A DNA stretch of 64,000 bases, taken from positions 124,001 through 188,000 of the IMG/VR virus record IMGVR_UViG_3300032116_000001; one strand, given 5' to 3'. The position numbers were made by a program, and so were the translations under genes. The notes under the pieces were generated by a model that saw only the letters and a list, made by a program, of their open reading frames with translations, did no database searches and was not told where the DNA came from. Shown here one piece after another: positions 27,406 to 38,300 of the stretch; position 1 is the stretch's first letter; every line of letters begins with the position of its first letter.

Positions 27406-27837
27406 ATGAATAACCGCACCGTTGTCGCCAGATTAATTGAAATTGCAAATATACTAGATTCCCATAATTTAGTAAATGAATCCGATGAAATTACACGAAT
27501 TGCTCAAGATTTTTCATCTTCTCCGTCTTTTGATTATTTGCCAGGCACTAACTCTTACGACATTGAGGGTCCAGATGATTATCGAGCAGATGACATGATG
27601 ATTCGCGGCGATCAATTTGAGTCAGAAAATGAACTTATGATGGAGCTTGCAAGAGCCGAAGCTTTTGATCGAATAAATCAAATTGTAAATAATCCCAACC
27701 CAAGTGAAAAAGAAATCGAAGAATATAATAGACTGCTTCAATTGTTGGATGGAAGTCGATCCGAAGAAGATTTTAAACAAAATATTCTTGATAGCGGTGC
27801 AAATATTATTGATGATGAAGACATTTTTAATAATTAA
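27406..27837 (+). CDS. Acidic hypothetical protein with N-terminal helical tag
   Basis: MNNRTVVARLIEIANILDSHNLVNESDEITRIAQ; agga SD. Confidence 0.75.
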   Translation: MNNRTVVARLIEIANILDSHNLVNESDEITRIAQDFSSSPSFDYLPGTNSYDIEGPDDYRADDMMIRGDQFESENELMMELARAEAFDRINQIVNNPNPSEKEIEEYNRLLQLLDGSRSEEDFKQNILDSGANIIDDEDIFNN

Positions 27838-28157
27838 TCTATATCAGAATCATCTGGTTTCATAAAAAAATCAAGATCAAATGGGGGCAAAATTAACCTA
27901 TGAGGATCAAGGCTTTGTTCTTGGTCCTCATCTTTGGTTTTAATATCTAATGAAAAATCAAAATGGCTGCCAAGCGATGATATAATGTCGGCCATATTAT
28001 TCAGCGACGCTGCATATAAGTCCATGATTGTTGCCCACCAATACAAAGCCTCTTCTTGACTTATGTCTTTTGTGCCATATTGATGTATTTTTTTAGCACA
28101 TTCTGACAGCATTATCGCTTTGTTTCTAAACATTTCAGCCGACTCTTCTGGCGTCAT
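27834..28157 (-). CDS. Hypothetical protein at the end of the tail operon (ORF open from 28202)
   Basis: agagga SD 9 nt before ATG 28157. Confidence 0.6.
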   Translation of the reverse strand: MTPEESAEMFRNKAIMLSECAKKIHQYGTKDISQEEALYWWATIMDLYAASLNNMADIISSLGSHFDFSLDIKTKDEDQEQSLDPHRLILPPFDLDFFMKPDDSDID

Positions 28158-28177
28158 AGCTATTTTTCCTCTGTTGA

Positions 28178-28921
28178 TTATTGTTTTTTGTTTTTGCCCC
28201 ATATATTTTGAGGCAGTGTTGACATGAAAGATTCTTCTATCCCTTGTGGTCTTTCCTTATTTGTCTGATTGTTTGGGGAAGTTATTCCCAAAACATCACT
28301 TCTTGCTGTTAAGATTAATTGTATTCTTTCTAAATCAGATGCGCTAATACTTCTAAATTCTTCTTTTGTCCACTGCACTCCCTTTAGCCAAAAGTCAACT
28401 TCTATAACAATCGGGGGCACTGGATGGCCACTTTGGGCCTTGCCTTCAAAATAAGATTGTGCAGCTGAATATAAAAATGCTGCCTCTGAAGAGCCCAGTG
28501 TAGTATAAGACTGATATTTCCCCCAAAGATCATTAATAATATCGTCTTGTATAATCTTTACAATATTACCGCTTGAATCATTTAAGAAATATTTTGCTTC
28601 TGGTTCGATTTGACACACCCAGATTATTGCTTTTTTTAAAATTTCTCTTTTTTCAAATTCTCCAGAAAAATAATTACTGTCTTTTCCATTTGCCCTAAAG
28701 GCTTTAAGTTCTATTTCTTGAGCTTCAAACCAACTTAACTCTCTTGCACAAAAAACAGCAATGTTATTGTTTTGTTTAACAGTTATTAAAAACTGGCCAT
28801 CTTCAACGCTTGGAAGTTGGCTTTGGATATCATTAATTTTATTAATGTATTCTGTATTATTTTCTGATGATTCGATCATTTGTTGTGTTAATTTAATAAC
28901 TTCTTCGGAATTATAATTCAT
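28178..28921 (-). CDS. Putative tail assembly chaperone
   Basis: Follows the tube-like genes; ARELSWFEAQEIE..KREILKKAIIW pattern; assignment mainly positional. Confidence 0.45.
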   Translation of the reverse strand: MNYNSEEVIKLTQQMIESSENNTEYINKINDIQSQLPSVEDGQFLITVKQNNNIAVFCARELSWFEAQEIELKAFRANGKDSNYFSGEFEKREILKKAIIWVCQIEPEAKYFLNDSSGNIVKIIQDDIINDLWGKYQSYTTLGSSEAAFLYSAAQSYFEGKAQSGHPVPPIVIEVDFWLKGVQWTKEEFRSISASDLERIQLILTARSDVLGITSPNNQTNKERPQGIEESFMSTLPQNIWGKNKKQ

Positions 28922-30279
28922 GCTTCTTCATCGTCTCCAATTTCTTCTTCTTTTTCTTCTTTTTTGCCTGGAGTTGCTTGCAAATCGTTACTGCTTAGCC
29001 AAAACTCTGATATTGGATAGTCCAACGCACTTGTCGTAAAGCCTTTTTGTATTGACAATGGGGCAGCGCGAGCTAAGAATTCAAACGTGTAGAAAAACCC
29101 AGATTTCAAATTACCTTCGACTTTCACGGGCTGAAACTCTACGTTTGGCATTGGAAAAAACCAAATTGAACCAAAATACAAAGTAAGAGCACTGGTGTTG
29201 GGTATTTCAAAATCATTTGATCGAGACCAGAACACCAACGAGCCCTTAACTGATCTTTTTGTAAGCGAAGCAAACCTTGGGCCATTTTGATCTGTTCGTG
29301 ATAAATTTAGCGCCGTAAAAGCAAATTCCCAGTTTTGGTTTAATGATATATCAGCTGTCACAAGTCGTTGTTCTGCGTTTAACGCTTCAGTGGAAATCAC
29401 TGTGTCCATCGCCTCGATCATTTCATCGGCGCTATTATATAGCTTAAAGTCAACAAGCGCATCCATCGTTGACGCAACTCTATAGTGTCTATAATCTTCT
29501 GTCGCCTCCTCATCAGAAGCGATAGGGCTTTCTTCAGGATCGGAATCATCTGACTGTATTGTCACCAATTGTGGCTCAATGTCAATAACCTCAGGCGAGA
29601 CACTAATCATTTTTTCAGAAATAATTGATCGCCCCCCAACAATATCAATAGATATGTTTACAGGACTTAATTGACCAGTGCCGCTACAGGATATTCTTAC
29701 TGATTCAACAAAAGAAGGACCAAAATAATACTCATTTGATGGCGTGGACGCAGAAATCATAATTGGGTAGCCTGGATATACAATGGCTTTGTAAAAAACC
29801 AATTCCCCTGGCTCAGTTTCTGCAGCTTGGCGCTCAACTATAATGTTTCCATCTTCATCTGTTTTAATAATTGGGGCTGGAATTAGTGGGGAAAATTTTA
29901 AATTTGCTTTCTGAACATATCCAGTGGCTAATGGCCTTGTAAAAGGAGACACTCCAAACGGCGTGGGAAGATTTTCATAAACAGAGCTTCCTGTTGTAAT
30001 GGTAAACCCCTCCACCCATGCGGGATGCCAATTTGGGTCATCTTTTTTAATTTGCCAATACCCGTTGCCGTCATAAACTTCTTCGCCGATTAGTTCGGCC
30101 ATGCGATATAGGTCCCATACATACGCATCTCTAAAAGTTTTACGCCTTCCTCGACCGCCCACATCCATTCTTAAATGATTTGTATCCGCCCAAATACCCT
30201 TGTTCGCCTCTGTAAATGAGATTACGAACAGGGATTGCTGCGCGACAGCTGAATTTAAGATAATGGTTTTTTGTGTCAT
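28918..30279 (-). CDS. Tail tube-like protein, paralog 2
   Basis: Aligns by eye with 30690..32048 (TKRSVKGSLVFWS vs QGRKISGTLRYKS); acidic insertion. Confidence 0.55.
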   Translation of the reverse strand: MTQKTIILNSAVAQQSLFVISFTEANKGIWADTNHLRMDVGGRGRRKTFRDAYVWDLYRMAELIGEEVYDGNGYWQIKKDDPNWHPAWVEGFTITTGSSVYENLPTPFGVSPFTRPLATGYVQKANLKFSPLIPAPIIKTDEDGNIIVERQAAETEPGELVFYKAIVYPGYPIMISASTPSNEYYFGPSFVESVRISCSGTGQLSPVNISIDIVGGRSIISEKMISVSPEVIDIEPQLVTIQSDDSDPEESPIASDEEATEDYRHYRVASTMDALVDFKLYNSADEMIEAMDTVISTEALNAEQRLVTADISLNQNWEFAFTALNLSRTDQNGPRFASLTKRSVKGSLVFWSRSNDFEIPNTSALTLYFGSIWFFPMPNVEFQPVKVEGNLKSGFFYTFEFLARAAPLSIQKGFTTSALDYPISEFWLSSNDLQATPGKKEEKEEEIGDDEEA

Positions 30280-30282
30280 GTT

Positions 30283-30678
30283 TTAACTCGTGGCTTTTAT
30301 CCACTCTTTTGATATTGCTTTAATTATATCATACTGCATTTGATTAACGGTTTCGCTGCGTATGGGGATTGGATTGCCGTCAATGTCAGTCGCGGTCCAG
30401 TGTTTAACAAATCTTAAAACAATTAATTTACAAAACAAACTATATCTTACCAAAGGTCGCCCCGTTATATGATTAATTATAGTTGATTCCTCCAATACCT
30501 TACTCATGTTGTCATAGTCTCTTCCTGCACAATGGCACACCAAAGAGCGTACTGTTTCACTTTTTTCGACATTGCTTGGGAGTATCTTTACGCCTGTGAT
30601 AACACCATCAGAATTCGCAATGTGTTCATATTTAATCGTTATTTTAAAAGTTATCTTCGGGTCTACAAATATATTCAT
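30283..30678 (-). CDS. Small tail-operon protein, possible chaperone
   Basis: 131 aa between the two tube-like genes; FVKHWTATDIDGNPIP resembles tail chaperone motifs. Confidence 0.5.
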   Translation of the reverse strand: MNIFVDPKITFKITIKYEHIANSDGVITGVKILPSNVEKSETVRSLVCHCAGRDYDNMSKVLEESTIINHITGRPLVRYSLFCKLIVLRFVKHWTATDIDGNPIPIRSETVNQMQYDIIKAISKEWIKATS

Positions 30679-30689
30679 ATTATGCTCTT

Positions 30690-32048
30690 TTAACTAAACT
30701 TAAGCTCTGGGAACTCATCGTAATTTTCTGAAATCATTGTCCATTGAATTTCTCTTGATTGGTCAGACTTAACGTCTCCTTCGCTTGTGGATAATGACCA
30801 CGCTATCTCTGGCAAACTTATTACAAAGTCACTATAATTGATTTCGATTCCTCCGCCATTAATGCTTGATGGCCCAGCTAGTCTCTCCATTAGTGTGAAC
30901 GGGGCTATTGGGCTTTTGTATCTTAAGGTCCCTGAAATTTTTCGACCTTGAGAAACTAGCGCAAATGGATAAGAGTTTTCTAATTGACGTATTGATGGGT
31001 CATTTGATAATGAATGTGCCGCGTAAATTTCTTGAATTTGATTATCAATAGTTATACTGATTCCTGTAACAGTTGAAGAATAATCAAGGCCTTGAAAGCC
31101 CGCAAATAATGGATGATTCTGAGGTGTGGCCAATCCAAAATTGCCTATATTTGCTGATTTTGGATTGATAGTAATCAACATAGGGTCTATTTTTCTTGTG
31201 GGAGGAAGTGTAGAAAAAGCAGTTAATATATTTTTTTGTTGTGTTCTTAAGTCAATTTGTTTGTCTCGCCAAAGCCTTAGTGAGGCAAATTCAACTGTGA
31301 CATAAACTCCTGATTCTATGTCTGCGTCTATTGTTATTTTATTAACTAAGCATGGCGAAAAAAGACCTTCGCGCAAAGATAGCAAAGAAAATGCAGGTTC
31401 GCGAACGGGGGCGGAGCCAGTGGTTATGCGTGCGCTTAAAATTGTGTTGTTCGGCGTATGCGGATGGGCAGTTGGCGAGGAAAAAGTAAGCGTTCTATTC
31501 GTTTTATTTACTCCTGAAACCAAGACTGTTTCTGATGTTTGTCCAGAGCCCGCGGCAGCCAAAATACTCATCTGAAAAGGTGTTGGAATTGCCAAAAAAT
31601 CAGATATATTATCAACAACAAAACTTGAAGCCCCTGAAGAAACTGCAACAGATGGGGTGTTAGTTACTATTCTACTCATTGCGGCTGTGGCGGTGCCCCA
31701 CCTAGCCAAAAGCGCAGCATCCCACAAGGCTGCAAACGCCCAGTCTATATATCCAGTCACGCTTGCCCTTATTGGCATTTTAATTGTAGCCCTAATAGTA
31801 ACAGGGCTTGTCACAAATGCATTGGGGTCGGCTCCCTCGCCTGCTCGTCGGTTTTTGGGATCAGAACTTTGATCAATTCTTAATGATAATGATTCTGCAG
31901 CTATTAAATACTCTTTTGCAATACTTCCTGCATTCGCATCTATGTCTGACTCTCGCGGAGCATCTCTTATAATGGCCAATAAATCAGAATAACCTGGTTG
32001 AAAACCAATGGCAGCATATGTGCTTGACATTGTATTAAGCCAACTCAT
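30690..32048 (-). CDS. Tail tube-like protein, paralog 1, with inserted beta-rich segment
   Basis: Tube-like pattern (LIAAESLSL, SPVTIRATIKMP, ISITIDNQIQE, RKISGTL); position in the tail operon. Confidence 0.6.
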   Translation of the reverse strand: MSWLNTMSSTYAAIGFQPGYSDLLAIIRDAPRESDIDANAGSIAKEYLIAAESLSLRIDQSSDPKNRRAGEGADPNAFVTSPVTIRATIKMPIRASVTGYIDWAFAALWDAALLARWGTATAAMSRIVTNTPSVAVSSGASSFVVDNISDFLAIPTPFQMSILAAAGSGQTSETVLVSGVNKTNRTLTFSSPTAHPHTPNNTILSARITTGSAPVREPAFSLLSLREGLFSPCLVNKITIDADIESGVYVTVEFASLRLWRDKQIDLRTQQKNILTAFSTLPPTRKIDPMLITINPKSANIGNFGLATPQNHPLFAGFQGLDYSSTVTGISITIDNQIQEIYAAHSLSNDPSIRQLENSYPFALVSQGRKISGTLRYKSPIAPFTLMERLAGPSSINGGGIEINYSDFVISLPEIAWSLSTSEGDVKSDQSREIQWTMISENYDEFPELKFS

Positions 32049-32049
32049 T

Positions 32050-34431
32050 TTACGGGGCAGTCTCCACTGTTATAAAATCATAAATACTCCAGTCTATCTG
32101 CCCATTGGGGCTGACTGTAAGGTTTGATCCTGGTCGAACACTAACATCATCAACTCTGTCAAAAAGCTGATTGGAAGTTCCCAAAAGAAATCTTCTTCCT
32201 CTTGGTGTTCCCTTGGGAATAACTGTCGATAAAACAGTCGGTGTTCCTGAAGAGCCATTTCTAGCGGTCACTGTGACAATAAGTTCATTTTTCGTTTCAG
32301 CAGATTCAACTTCGTTTAATAGTGGATTCCCGTCTAAGCCATATCGTGGCCCAGTTGATGGAATCTCTTCGATTTCTGGTACAAGCACAGAAAGTCTGCG
32401 CGGGATTCGGGATATTCTTCCCGTTATTTTGATTCCTCTTTTTAAAGGAAATTGCGCAGACAGGCCATTATCTAGCCATCCCCTTAGCTTAAAATATGCT
32501 GTTCTACTAGACACAGGGCTCCATGTTGTATTATCTGCAGAAGTTGATATTTGGTTTGTTCCAGAAGTTGCCACAGCAATTTTTACAGAGCCTCCCACTG
32601 GGGCTGCTGTGCGTCCAATTTTAAGCCAATAGGTTGCAGACGGTGTTACAGCAACATTAAATTTCGCTGTAAATTCCTGGGGCTCGGTGGTTAGGCTGCC
32701 GAAAGATATATTTTCAGCTGTCGCTAACAATGTCCCTGGATTACCTGCGGTATCAGAATGTAAAGTAACTACAAGGCCTTGCGAAGTGTTTGTAATTGCC
32801 GCGGTGGCGGAAAGAAGAATGCTTATGCCCCCTAAATAAGAGCCACTTTGTGGCACAATCTTGATTGCATAATAAGCAGATGATATTGTGTCATGCTGAC
32901 TTACTGCTACGGGTGTGTTTGTAAATTTAGGCACACCTGTGATTTCGTTTACATTTGTCAGCCTAAACTCATTAAGTTCACCGACCAGATTTGATCGTTT
33001 ATATACATGATAAAAAAGCGCCCCAGACACAGAATTCCAAGACAACTCATTTAAAAAATAATCAGGAACTGAACTTTCCGACAAGACTGAGGTATATGTT
33101 GGTGGTGTTTCGCCCGCTGGTAAAACTGCAGAAACTCCATAGACATGTGTTCCTCTGCCAAGAGCCGAATCCTCGTCTTTTGCTAAAACAGAATTTGAAA
33201 CAACACCACTCACAGACGACAATCCCAAAACAACATTTGTTTGTGAAACAAGGTCGCCCCTAAATAAAGCAAAAGTGTGTTGTATGTCGTCATTATAAAG
33301 ATCATAATAAGCTCGCGCAAAAGAGCTTGGAAATTCTATTCTTTCTAGCCCAGCAAATGATATGCCCTTGCCAAAATAGCTTGTTGGCCTAAACGGTTGC
33401 TGGCTCCAGAATTGACGAAAACTTGTTTGTGGACTGTCGGCTTTCCTGCTTGTATACTTTTTTATAGCCTGAATTAACCCAGCAGTGCTCGCATTATCTC
33501 TTATAGCTCGTAAAGCCTGTCTTGTTGCTGCACATGTGCTAGAAATTAGTGCGCCATCACTAGCCGAAAACACTGTGTTATTTGATCCTGGGGCGGGCCA
33601 GTAAATAGCAGTGCTTCTGACAGACCAGTTCGGGTCGGTGCCTGAAAGTCTTGGGTCGTTTGGGTTTATAATTAAAATATCGGCAATAGGAAGCCAGCTT
33701 GAGGGCATGGGTGGATAATAATTAAAATCATCTGGATCGCTTCCAGCCCCTGCCTGAGGCAGTCCGCACACAGCTCTTATTTTGGGTTCATAAATAAATC
33801 TTACAGGGGTGCCGACATGAATCGTAGATGCCAAAGTCCCATAGCCCGAGCCATTATAAAATCCTGGATCAATAATCAATGCTGTTTTGTCTTCATTGAT
33901 TCCAGAAAAAATCATAAATGTTGTCCCTACATGAGCCTGTATCGGGAAACCAAGTTCTTCAATCACGGTGGCATCTGCTACAAATAGTTGTGACGTCCCC
34001 GAAAGAGAAGACGACGATACATTTGTGCTATAAATTCTTGTAGCTCTGCGTGCTTCTTCAATTGGGAAGCCGAGTCTTATGCCATATTGATCGGTGTTGC
34101 CGTAAGATTGCGCAAAGTCTCTTCTTATAGGTATCCTTTGAGACAATATTGAAAGCCTTGACCCATTAAATCCAATTTCGCCTGGCCCAATAGTAATAAA
34201 GTAAGGATCATTAGACTCATCATAAGTAATTTGGAAGCCCTGCGGATCGGTTTCAATTATTCCAAAATAAGGCAAAGAATTATTGGCGAGTCTTTCTAAA
34301 TTTCTTATCTCAAAGAGAGCAGTATTAGGAATTGTCTCGCTGCCTATACCATCGTTTAATGCTTCATGAATTTCGCCAATGGCTCGTGCCACTTCAAAAA
34401 TAATTTCTTCACTTTTTGCTGTTATTGCCAT
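32050..34431 (-). CDS. Virion structural protein (tail/baseplate-associated)
   Basis: 793 aa, beta-rich; carries a beta-sandwich segment related to one in 35331..39305. Confidence 0.6.
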   Translation of the reverse strand: MAITAKSEEIIFEVARAIGEIHEALNDGIGSETIPNTALFEIRNLERLANNSLPYFGIIETDPQGFQITYDESNDPYFITIGPGEIGFNGSRLSILSQRIPIRRDFAQSYGNTDQYGIRLGFPIEEARRATRIYSTNVSSSSLSGTSQLFVADATVIEELGFPIQAHVGTTFMIFSGINEDKTALIIDPGFYNGSGYGTLASTIHVGTPVRFIYEPKIRAVCGLPQAGAGSDPDDFNYYPPMPSSWLPIADILIINPNDPRLSGTDPNWSVRSTAIYWPAPGSNNTVFSASDGALISSTCAATRQALRAIRDNASTAGLIQAIKKYTSRKADSPQTSFRQFWSQQPFRPTSYFGKGISFAGLERIEFPSSFARAYYDLYNDDIQHTFALFRGDLVSQTNVVLGLSSVSGVVSNSVLAKDEDSALGRGTHVYGVSAVLPAGETPPTYTSVLSESSVPDYFLNELSWNSVSGALFYHVYKRSNLVGELNEFRLTNVNEITGVPKFTNTPVAVSQHDTISSAYYAIKIVPQSGSYLGGISILLSATAAITNTSQGLVVTLHSDTAGNPGTLLATAENISFGSLTTEPQEFTAKFNVAVTPSATYWLKIGRTAAPVGGSVKIAVATSGTNQISTSADNTTWSPVSSRTAYFKLRGWLDNGLSAQFPLKRGIKITGRISRIPRRLSVLVPEIEEIPSTGPRYGLDGNPLLNEVESAETKNELIVTVTARNGSSGTPTVLSTVIPKGTPRGRRFLLGTSNQLFDRVDDVSVRPGSNLTVSPNGQIDWSIYDFITVETAP

Positions 34432-34436
34432 TATAA

Positions 34437-35324
34437 TTACACCACATATCCAAGTTCTGTTTCTAAATATTCACGCAATCGTGAAGGCATTTCCACAATA
34501 GATGTTTGCCAATAACTCAAGAAATTTGGTTCCCATGAATCCAATTGCACCCATTGATCCACCATGACCTTTATTGATTCATTTACCTGGTTGTATTGTT
34601 CTTGATTTATAGGAGCTGATTGTATTAGTGCTGGTACTAAAAACGCTCCAAGCGCTTCCTCGGCGAAGCCCAATGCGCCTCGGGGCTTTCTTTTATCGAC
34701 TGGAATTACATTTATTCTATTTTTAGAACTATTATTGGCATCAAAATAATCTATATCTATCAAAAACTTTATAATTTCAACAGTTTTATATTCTGTCGCC
34801 CATCCTGGGGGAGCGGGAACTGTGGTCTGGCCGATTATGTTTTGGCTAATCCAACTAATCGCTTCTGATTGTGAAACATCCTTGAACATTAACAATGGAT
34901 TTCCGCCACCACTGCCGCGTAAAACTTCCACCTGTACATCAAAACTCGAAACTCCCATGTTTTTCCATGCCCTTAGGAAAACACCACCAAATGCATACGC
35001 ATTTTGAATAACCGTAGAGCCCAGCAAGCTCGTGGGATTAAAGGCTTGTTCAGGCGGTGATGATGTATGTATTTTGTTTGGTACTTCATCATTTAAGTAT
35101 CTGGCAAGACCAGCGCCGATGATCAACTCAGCATTAGCATTGATTGCCGATCTTGTTTCTACAGTTGCTAATCCATAACATAAATCTAAATCTCTTTCTT
35201 CCAGCGGAGCGCCTAACCCGTACTCTTCGATTGCCAATGACGTATCAACCATGGTCGCAACCCTGTCAAGGCTGCGAATTACAGAGTCAAGTATGTATGC
35301 TGTATATGGGTTCGGAGATGACAT
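34437..35324 (-). CDS. Hypothetical protein in the tail operon
   Basis: 295-aa ORF tightly packed between structural genes. Confidence 0.7.
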   Translation of the reverse strand: MSSPNPYTAYILDSVIRSLDRVATMVDTSLAIEEYGLGAPLEERDLDLCYGLATVETRSAINANAELIIGAGLARYLNDEVPNKIHTSSPPEQAFNPTSLLGSTVIQNAYAFGGVFLRAWKNMGVSSFDVQVEVLRGSGGGNPLLMFKDVSQSEAISWISQNIIGQTTVPAPPGWATEYKTVEIIKFLIDIDYFDANNSSKNRINVIPVDKRKPRGALGFAEEALGAFLVPALIQSAPINQEQYNQVNESIKVMVDQWVQLDSWEPNFLSYWQTSIVEMPSRLREYLETELGYVV

Positions 35325-35330
35325 ATGTAT

Positions 35331-38300
35331 TTAAACACTCCTTATAACTATTTTGTCACCAGGTGGTGCGCCATTTGTGGGGGTGGTTATATCTGGCATT
35401 TCTTTACCCACTGATAAATATGTTATTCTTTGAATTTTATCGGAATCAATAATTAAAGGCGCTGGTGTTGGGTCCACAGACGTTGATGGTCCAATTTCGG
35501 CCAAAGTCTGCGAAGATGATTGCCAGCGAATTTGCAATCTTTGTGATCCTGTAGAATGGAAATGTTCCACAACAATTCTTTGTGGAGTGGTATTAGAAAG
35601 AAGCCCCATCACATAATTAAATGTATTAAGAGAGTCATTTAGCCACTCATCTAAGACCAAAACATCATTAATATACACTCTAACCCCCTGGCTAGATGTA
35701 ACACTCAGTGTATAACTTTCGTTATAAATTGGAGTGAAAACTCCCTCTATTCTGGTGTTTATGTTTTCATTCTGTCCATCTAAAGTGAAATTTGTGTAAT
35801 TAATCGATGTTATAATTTCGTCTGTTGTGGGCGAAATGGATGTGTCTAGGTTATTGTAATCAAGAGATGATTTTTTCCACCATTGTGCACGCCATGATGG
35901 TGATGAATTAAAGGTGTGCAAAAGTGTTTTTATGATTCCATCCACAGAATATTTAACACAAACATGTATATCATTTGAAAACTTAGCATACCTCCATTGT
36001 GTCCCATCGTGGAAGGCACGAGGATAGATGGATAGTTGTGATGGCGGGTTTATATCTTTGCATGTGTAAGCCCAATGACCTTCGACTTTATAGACAGGGT
36101 TCGACTCTCTTTCTTTGTTTGGCGGGGGGAGATATGCTGTTATATTTGGAGTATCTCTATTAAAAGCGCCATAAACTTCATTAGATGTTTGGTAAAACTT
36201 AATCCAAACTTCTCCAGCCTCATTTATCCAATTATTGTCTACATCGGGTTTTGAAATATTTTCATTTACACTTGTTACATAATCAAACTCAATGGTGCCT
36301 CCAATTTCCAAAGATGTCTTTTCAAGCACAATCCAGTATGTATTGTTGTTAGAGAACGTATACGGAAGTGAAAAAGTTATTTCCGTAAATCCTGAAGTTG
36401 ATAACTCGCCAAATGAAACTCCATCACCAGAGATTATCCTTTGGCCTGGAAGGTCATTGTTATTGGCATAAATATGCGGTATCAATTTTGAAGAGCTGGA
36501 ATTAAGCAGTTCTGTAAATCCCGAGTCTAAATCTACTTGCAATCGAAGCGAAAAACTTGATGCGAATGTCTTTTCTGTTGTTTCAATCTTAAATGCGATA
36601 TATTTACTAAAATTCCCCGTAGAACCCCCAGATGTTTGGTTTAAAGATGGGTCAAGAACCTCAACAGATTGTGTTCCGTACTGTTCTAAGTCTCCTGCTG
36701 ACAAGCCCGTTGGCGCTATGGTAAATGAGTCGGCTCTAACCTCCTCGACAGATGGATTGGGGTCGTCCTTAACCGCATTTGCAATGCCAAAATAAGGATT
36801 TAAATTAATTTTCCAATAAGGAACGTCAGAAAATGTATATTTCGATACAGAAACGCCAAGGTTTCTTAAGCCTACCCACAATTCTGGATACTGATTAAGA
36901 TCAATTATTAGAAACTCTCCGCCATCATTAAGAAAATCTTGAACCTCTTCATCAATCTCATCCTCAGTGTAACCCTGATTTGCTAGTCTTTTTCTAAACT
37001 GCTCTTCCGTTTCTCTGGTTTCGTCTGGAGGAGATACAACCTTGGTGCGAATCAATCTGGAGTCTCCCATGGTTAAATCAGGTATAATACCAGCGTAGCC
37101 ATGAAGCCTCCATGAATCAATGGTTTCTAGCGTGCCTGGTGCTCGATTGGCCTGGTCTTCACTTGTTCCTCTTCGATAATATCCCGTTGTACTTTGTCCT
37201 TTTAATTCTCTATTGGCGTATTCTCCATCTGTTAAAAAGAACATGCTCGCCATAACAAAAAGGTCTTTTTGAAGAACGTTTTCATCACTGTCTTCAAGCT
37301 CAAACCTAATTGTGTAATCTTGGCCAAGGGCAATTCCTGATTTATTGGGATCAATTGCTTCGCATTGGCTAGATGGTTCCATATAGATTTCAAAATTATT
37401 GGCTATATTTATTTTTTGTTTTGTTAATGAGAGAGCATTAGAATTTAATCGACCCATTTCCGTTGATGGCGGTGCCGCTGATAAGTCTTCTATTATAGCA
37501 ATCCCAGGGCTATTGAACGGTATTGCTCTAGGAGGGGCATTATCGGGGTTTTGAAGGTCTGTGTCAAAGGGGTTTTTTAATAATCCCCTGAATATCTTTG
37601 ACTGCAAAGATGCAGAGTCTAGTAGTTGGTTTTGCTTTGGCGTTATGGTTTCTGGAAACCTTGATGCTGGTAATAATACATCAAAGGCGGCTGATCTTGT
37701 AGCACCTTTGATATCCAAGTTCCTAAAAGTTTGTAACAAATTGTAAACCTCAGGAAGAATTATGGATGCAAGGAGGGGGTCTCCATGAGGTTTTTGTGCA
37801 AATGTTTTTATCTCTTGGTCTGCCCATATTATAGAAAGGCCAGCTAAAATATTTCTCTCACTTCCCGTTTCTAAGTCGGCTCTCATAATTGTACCTGATC
37901 CGCTCGATGAAGTGCCCGCGACTAAATTACTTATACTTCCTGGTGCCTTTGCGAGAACCAATCTTGAAATTAAAACATAATCTCTTGGAACTCGTGGAAA
38001 ATATTTGCAAATATCCCAATTAGCTGGCCAAAGCTCGCTGGGCACTGGAGGAGAAGATATGATTAAATATTCAGCTATGGGGCCGTCACTTGGTGTGCCC
38101 TGTGGCGTGGCGCAAATGATGACAGGCACGGCTTCTGCATCACGCGGGGCTGAATATCCGATCATGCTATTGCTTAGCCCAATGACTGGCACTTTCGGAA
38201 AATCTTCAAGAAGTTCGTATTTGGGCGGAATTTCTGGATTAGAATATTCTCCGTCTTTAAAAAGAAAATGCGTCCTGTTGCTGGCCACTAAATACTTGTT

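Noticed and set aside
28178-28202. Programmed -1 frameshift joining a tail chaperone to the next ORF
   Set aside because: The ORFs overlap in the -1 frame near C AAA AAC / AAA AAA, but there is no perfect slippery heptamer in frame and the downstream gene has its own SD and ATG at 28157.
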